Position numbers and translations under genes: made by a program. A stretch of 64,000 bases of DNA from Amoebophrya sp. A120 (Eukaryota; Protista; Dinoflagellata): contig CAJINV010000012.1 of NCBI GenBank assembly GCA_905178155.1, positions 988,004-1,052,003 on the forward strand, read 5' to 3'. Under the pieces are notes generated by a model. The model was not told the origin of the DNA, did not search any database, and saw only the letters and a program-made list of their open reading frames with translations. Positions 61,767 to 64,000 of this stretch are shown here, piece after piece; position 1 is the first letter of the stretch, and each line of letters begins with the position of its first letter.

Positions 61767-63800
61767 TCACATTCCCATCATGCTTCCCAGCATCGGGTTT
61801 GCGAACCGCATGGCCCGGACCTCCGGATGAGGGACGTGTTCGAATATGGCGCTCTCAACTGTTACATTCTCAACTGTTACATATATTTGTCATGCAAAAA
61901 CGCTACTACTCTGAACACTGTCCAGCCTTTTCCGCATGACAACTTCTCGACGCGCTAGATAGTATTACAATCTGCTCCAAACCTGTCATGCAAAAGGCGC
62001 AGCGTTTCCCTTTCACTTTTGCCATTCTTGCATTACAAATTTCATGTAACAGTTGAGAATGTAACGTTTGAGAACGCTATATCGAAGGAGACGACTTTGT
62101 AGCTCAAATCCCGCAAGTACTCGTTTGATTTCTTGACTTGCTCCGTCTCCTTCTCGATCCACTTCGACCTGTTTTCCTTCCCCACCTTGTACCGGATAAA
62201 CGCGCCCTTGTTTTTCATTTGGTCGCAGTAGTTCGGCGCGGAAAAGATGGTGCACAGCTTTCCGTTGTGCTCGAGCTCGTACCTGGGGTTGCATTTGTTT
62301 ATTTCCCAATAAAAAAAAACAGTTATGCATCCATTTTCTTTGTGCGACAACATGAGGCATTAAAAGTCAACATCTTAAATTTCTTATCTATATACCCCTC
62401 ATCCTTCATTTCGTGACTTCTGACCACCATGCTGAGGTCATTCGTCTTCAGAAAATTGTCCGTTACGTCGTGGCCGAATGCCACTCCTACCCCGCGTTTA
62501 CTGGGATATCTACCGGGAAGCGGGCCGGGATCCGACCAGAGCATTTCCACTATTCTGCCACTGTCTGGGGGCTCGCCGATTCTGATATAGAAAAGCGTTT
62601 TGTCGACTACATGCGGAATTTATTATATATCAGGATCATAACCATAAGCGCGTGCGGTTACAAGTAACTACTTTGAAGATGAAGATGCAGAACCTGTGAC
62701 GATGGTTGTCTACGATTCAAATTCGTGGCTACTACCATGCGCACACCTTAAGTCCTCGTCAGCAACAGCATAGTCTTCACCTTCAGAGAGTATTCTTATA
62801 CCTGTCCTCTTTCTCCAGATCTTCGATAGTGACGTTGTCTGCGGAGAACAAGCCGCCATGAACGATGAAGATTTCCTTGTTCAGGACGTGGCAGAGCGGC
62901 AAGTAGCAAAACGTCTCGCAGAACAGGTTGTAGAGCTGCACGTCAAATTTGTTTCTGGTTTCCCCCTCAAACCCGTACAGCTTGTTCATGTTCCGCGTCT
63001 CGTGGTTGCCGCGGGCCAGGTGAACCTGTGATAATACACATCGCAATATTAGTATGAATTGCATTGCAAATTTCCTCATCATGACGAGAAATGGAATCTG
63101 TAATGCTGATTTTAGGAAAAAGATTTGTAATGCACAATTGCAAAAAAAAACAGCTGCTACGCACAAATCTCTTTTACCTTATCCGGGTAGCACAGTTTCC
63201 AGGCGAAGAGGGCGAGTATGACTTCTATCGAAAAGGACCCTCGATCCACGAAGTCACCGTTGAAGAGGTACGGGTTGGTTTCTGACGGGAATCCGTTCAG
63301 GGAGAAGATGTTCAGCAGATCATAATACTGCCCGTGCACATCCCCACACACCGTGAACTCGTCTTCCGCTTCCAGTTTCTGCACGGTCGTGTGCGTTTTT
63401 AGTAATTTCAGCACGTCCAGGACCATTTGGTAGGCGGATTTTTTGTGGATCACCTTCTGTTCCTTCATGTAATCCAGGAACGTTACGACCCAGTCGGAGG
63501 TAATTTGGTCCTTGCCCGGGTAGTATCAAATGCAAATATGTTTGGGTCTGGAAGATTGTCATGCTAGTCCGACATGACTCTGCGATCTGTATTGCCTGGC
63601 CACAAGCAGCCCCTCTTGTCTGTCATGCAAAAACGCAGTTTCTCATGCGTAATACGCAGCACAGAAGCACGATAATACTTGTCATGCTTGGCGGCGCATT
63701 ACAGTGCACTTGCTGTTCACTGACTTGCATCACAACTCTCCAGACCCAGACATATTTGCAATGCATAGGTAGATGGGCCCCTTGTAGGTATCCTCGATCT
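61767..63800 (-). CDS. PPP5: Serine/threonine protein phosphatase 5, catalytic domain (5' part continues beyond window)
   Basis: [41 protein letters not shown] and PP5-type tail [13 protein letters not shown]; GT-AG introns 62283-62395, 62582-62801, 63026-63177 plus two introners. Confidence 0.92.
61845..62081. mobile_element. Introner, family D
   Basis: Family D TIRs; perfect DR tcgaa. Confidence 0.95.
63026..63177 (-). other. Canonical GT-AG intron derived from a family B element
   Basis: AAG|GTAAAA...TCACAG|GTT joins YPDK|VHLARGNHE; core caaatttcctcatcatgac...tgtaatgctgattt...aaaagatttgtaatgca matches family B. Confidence 0.8.
63524..63767. mobile_element. Introner, family A
   Basis: Family A TIRs; perfect DR ggtag; join YKGPIY|PGKD. 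Confidence 0.95.
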
Positions 63801-64000
63801 CGAGGTCTGAAGGTAGAAATTTTTGGGTGAGGGTGTGCGTAGAAGCGCACGATTACATTCACATCGTGTACTTACTTATCAGAAGACGAAACGGTAAAAT
63901 TTATCATTCAGGGTAGCTACTCGCAACCAACTGAGATGTAGCAAAAATCGAGCAATAGCTCTAATGTAAAAAATACTTTGCACGAATTTCTCGCAGAGTT

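Noticed and set aside
13973-63767. Recurring gtctgggtctggaa / ttccagacccagac as a CRISPR array
   Set aside because: They are inverted pairs bounding ~260-bp elements at irregular spacing; no cas genes; eukaryotic context
21932-63862. Many short ORFs containing FQTQTFL, MSGSG or CKNVWVWK
   Set aside because: Translations of family A TIRs, not a protein family

Overview
Eukaryotic genomic DNA, most consistent with a syndinian dinoflagellate such as Amoebophrya (inferred from the intron architecture, not from a marker gene). I can reconstruct 11 protein-coding genes, all on the minus strand. They include a P2C-like (Na/K, H/K-type) P-type ATPase, a class-3 lipase, a DUF268 methyltransferase-like protein, a CCDC148-like protein, a TMEM87/GOST 7-TM protein, protein phosphatase 5, an F-box-like protein and several hypotheticals. 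The dominant signal is about 64 MITE-like inserts, mostly 110-350 bp, from at least 10 unrelated terminal-inverted-repeat families. Nearly all begin TAT, end ATA, are flanked by a 5-bp direct repeat and carry arrays of a shared TTGT(A/C/G)ATGC motif. They have no fixed GT-AG ends, yet removing the element plus exactly 5 nt restores the reading frame at essentially every coding junction I checked, often through catalytic motifs. They therefore behave as non-canonical introner introns. Also present: a Helitron-like element and a poly(A)-tailed insert nested inside two introners, a fold-back introner, and a canonical GT-AG intron that is visibly a decayed introner. Family letters A-J are my own labels. 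Coordinates were counted by eye and may be off by a base or two.
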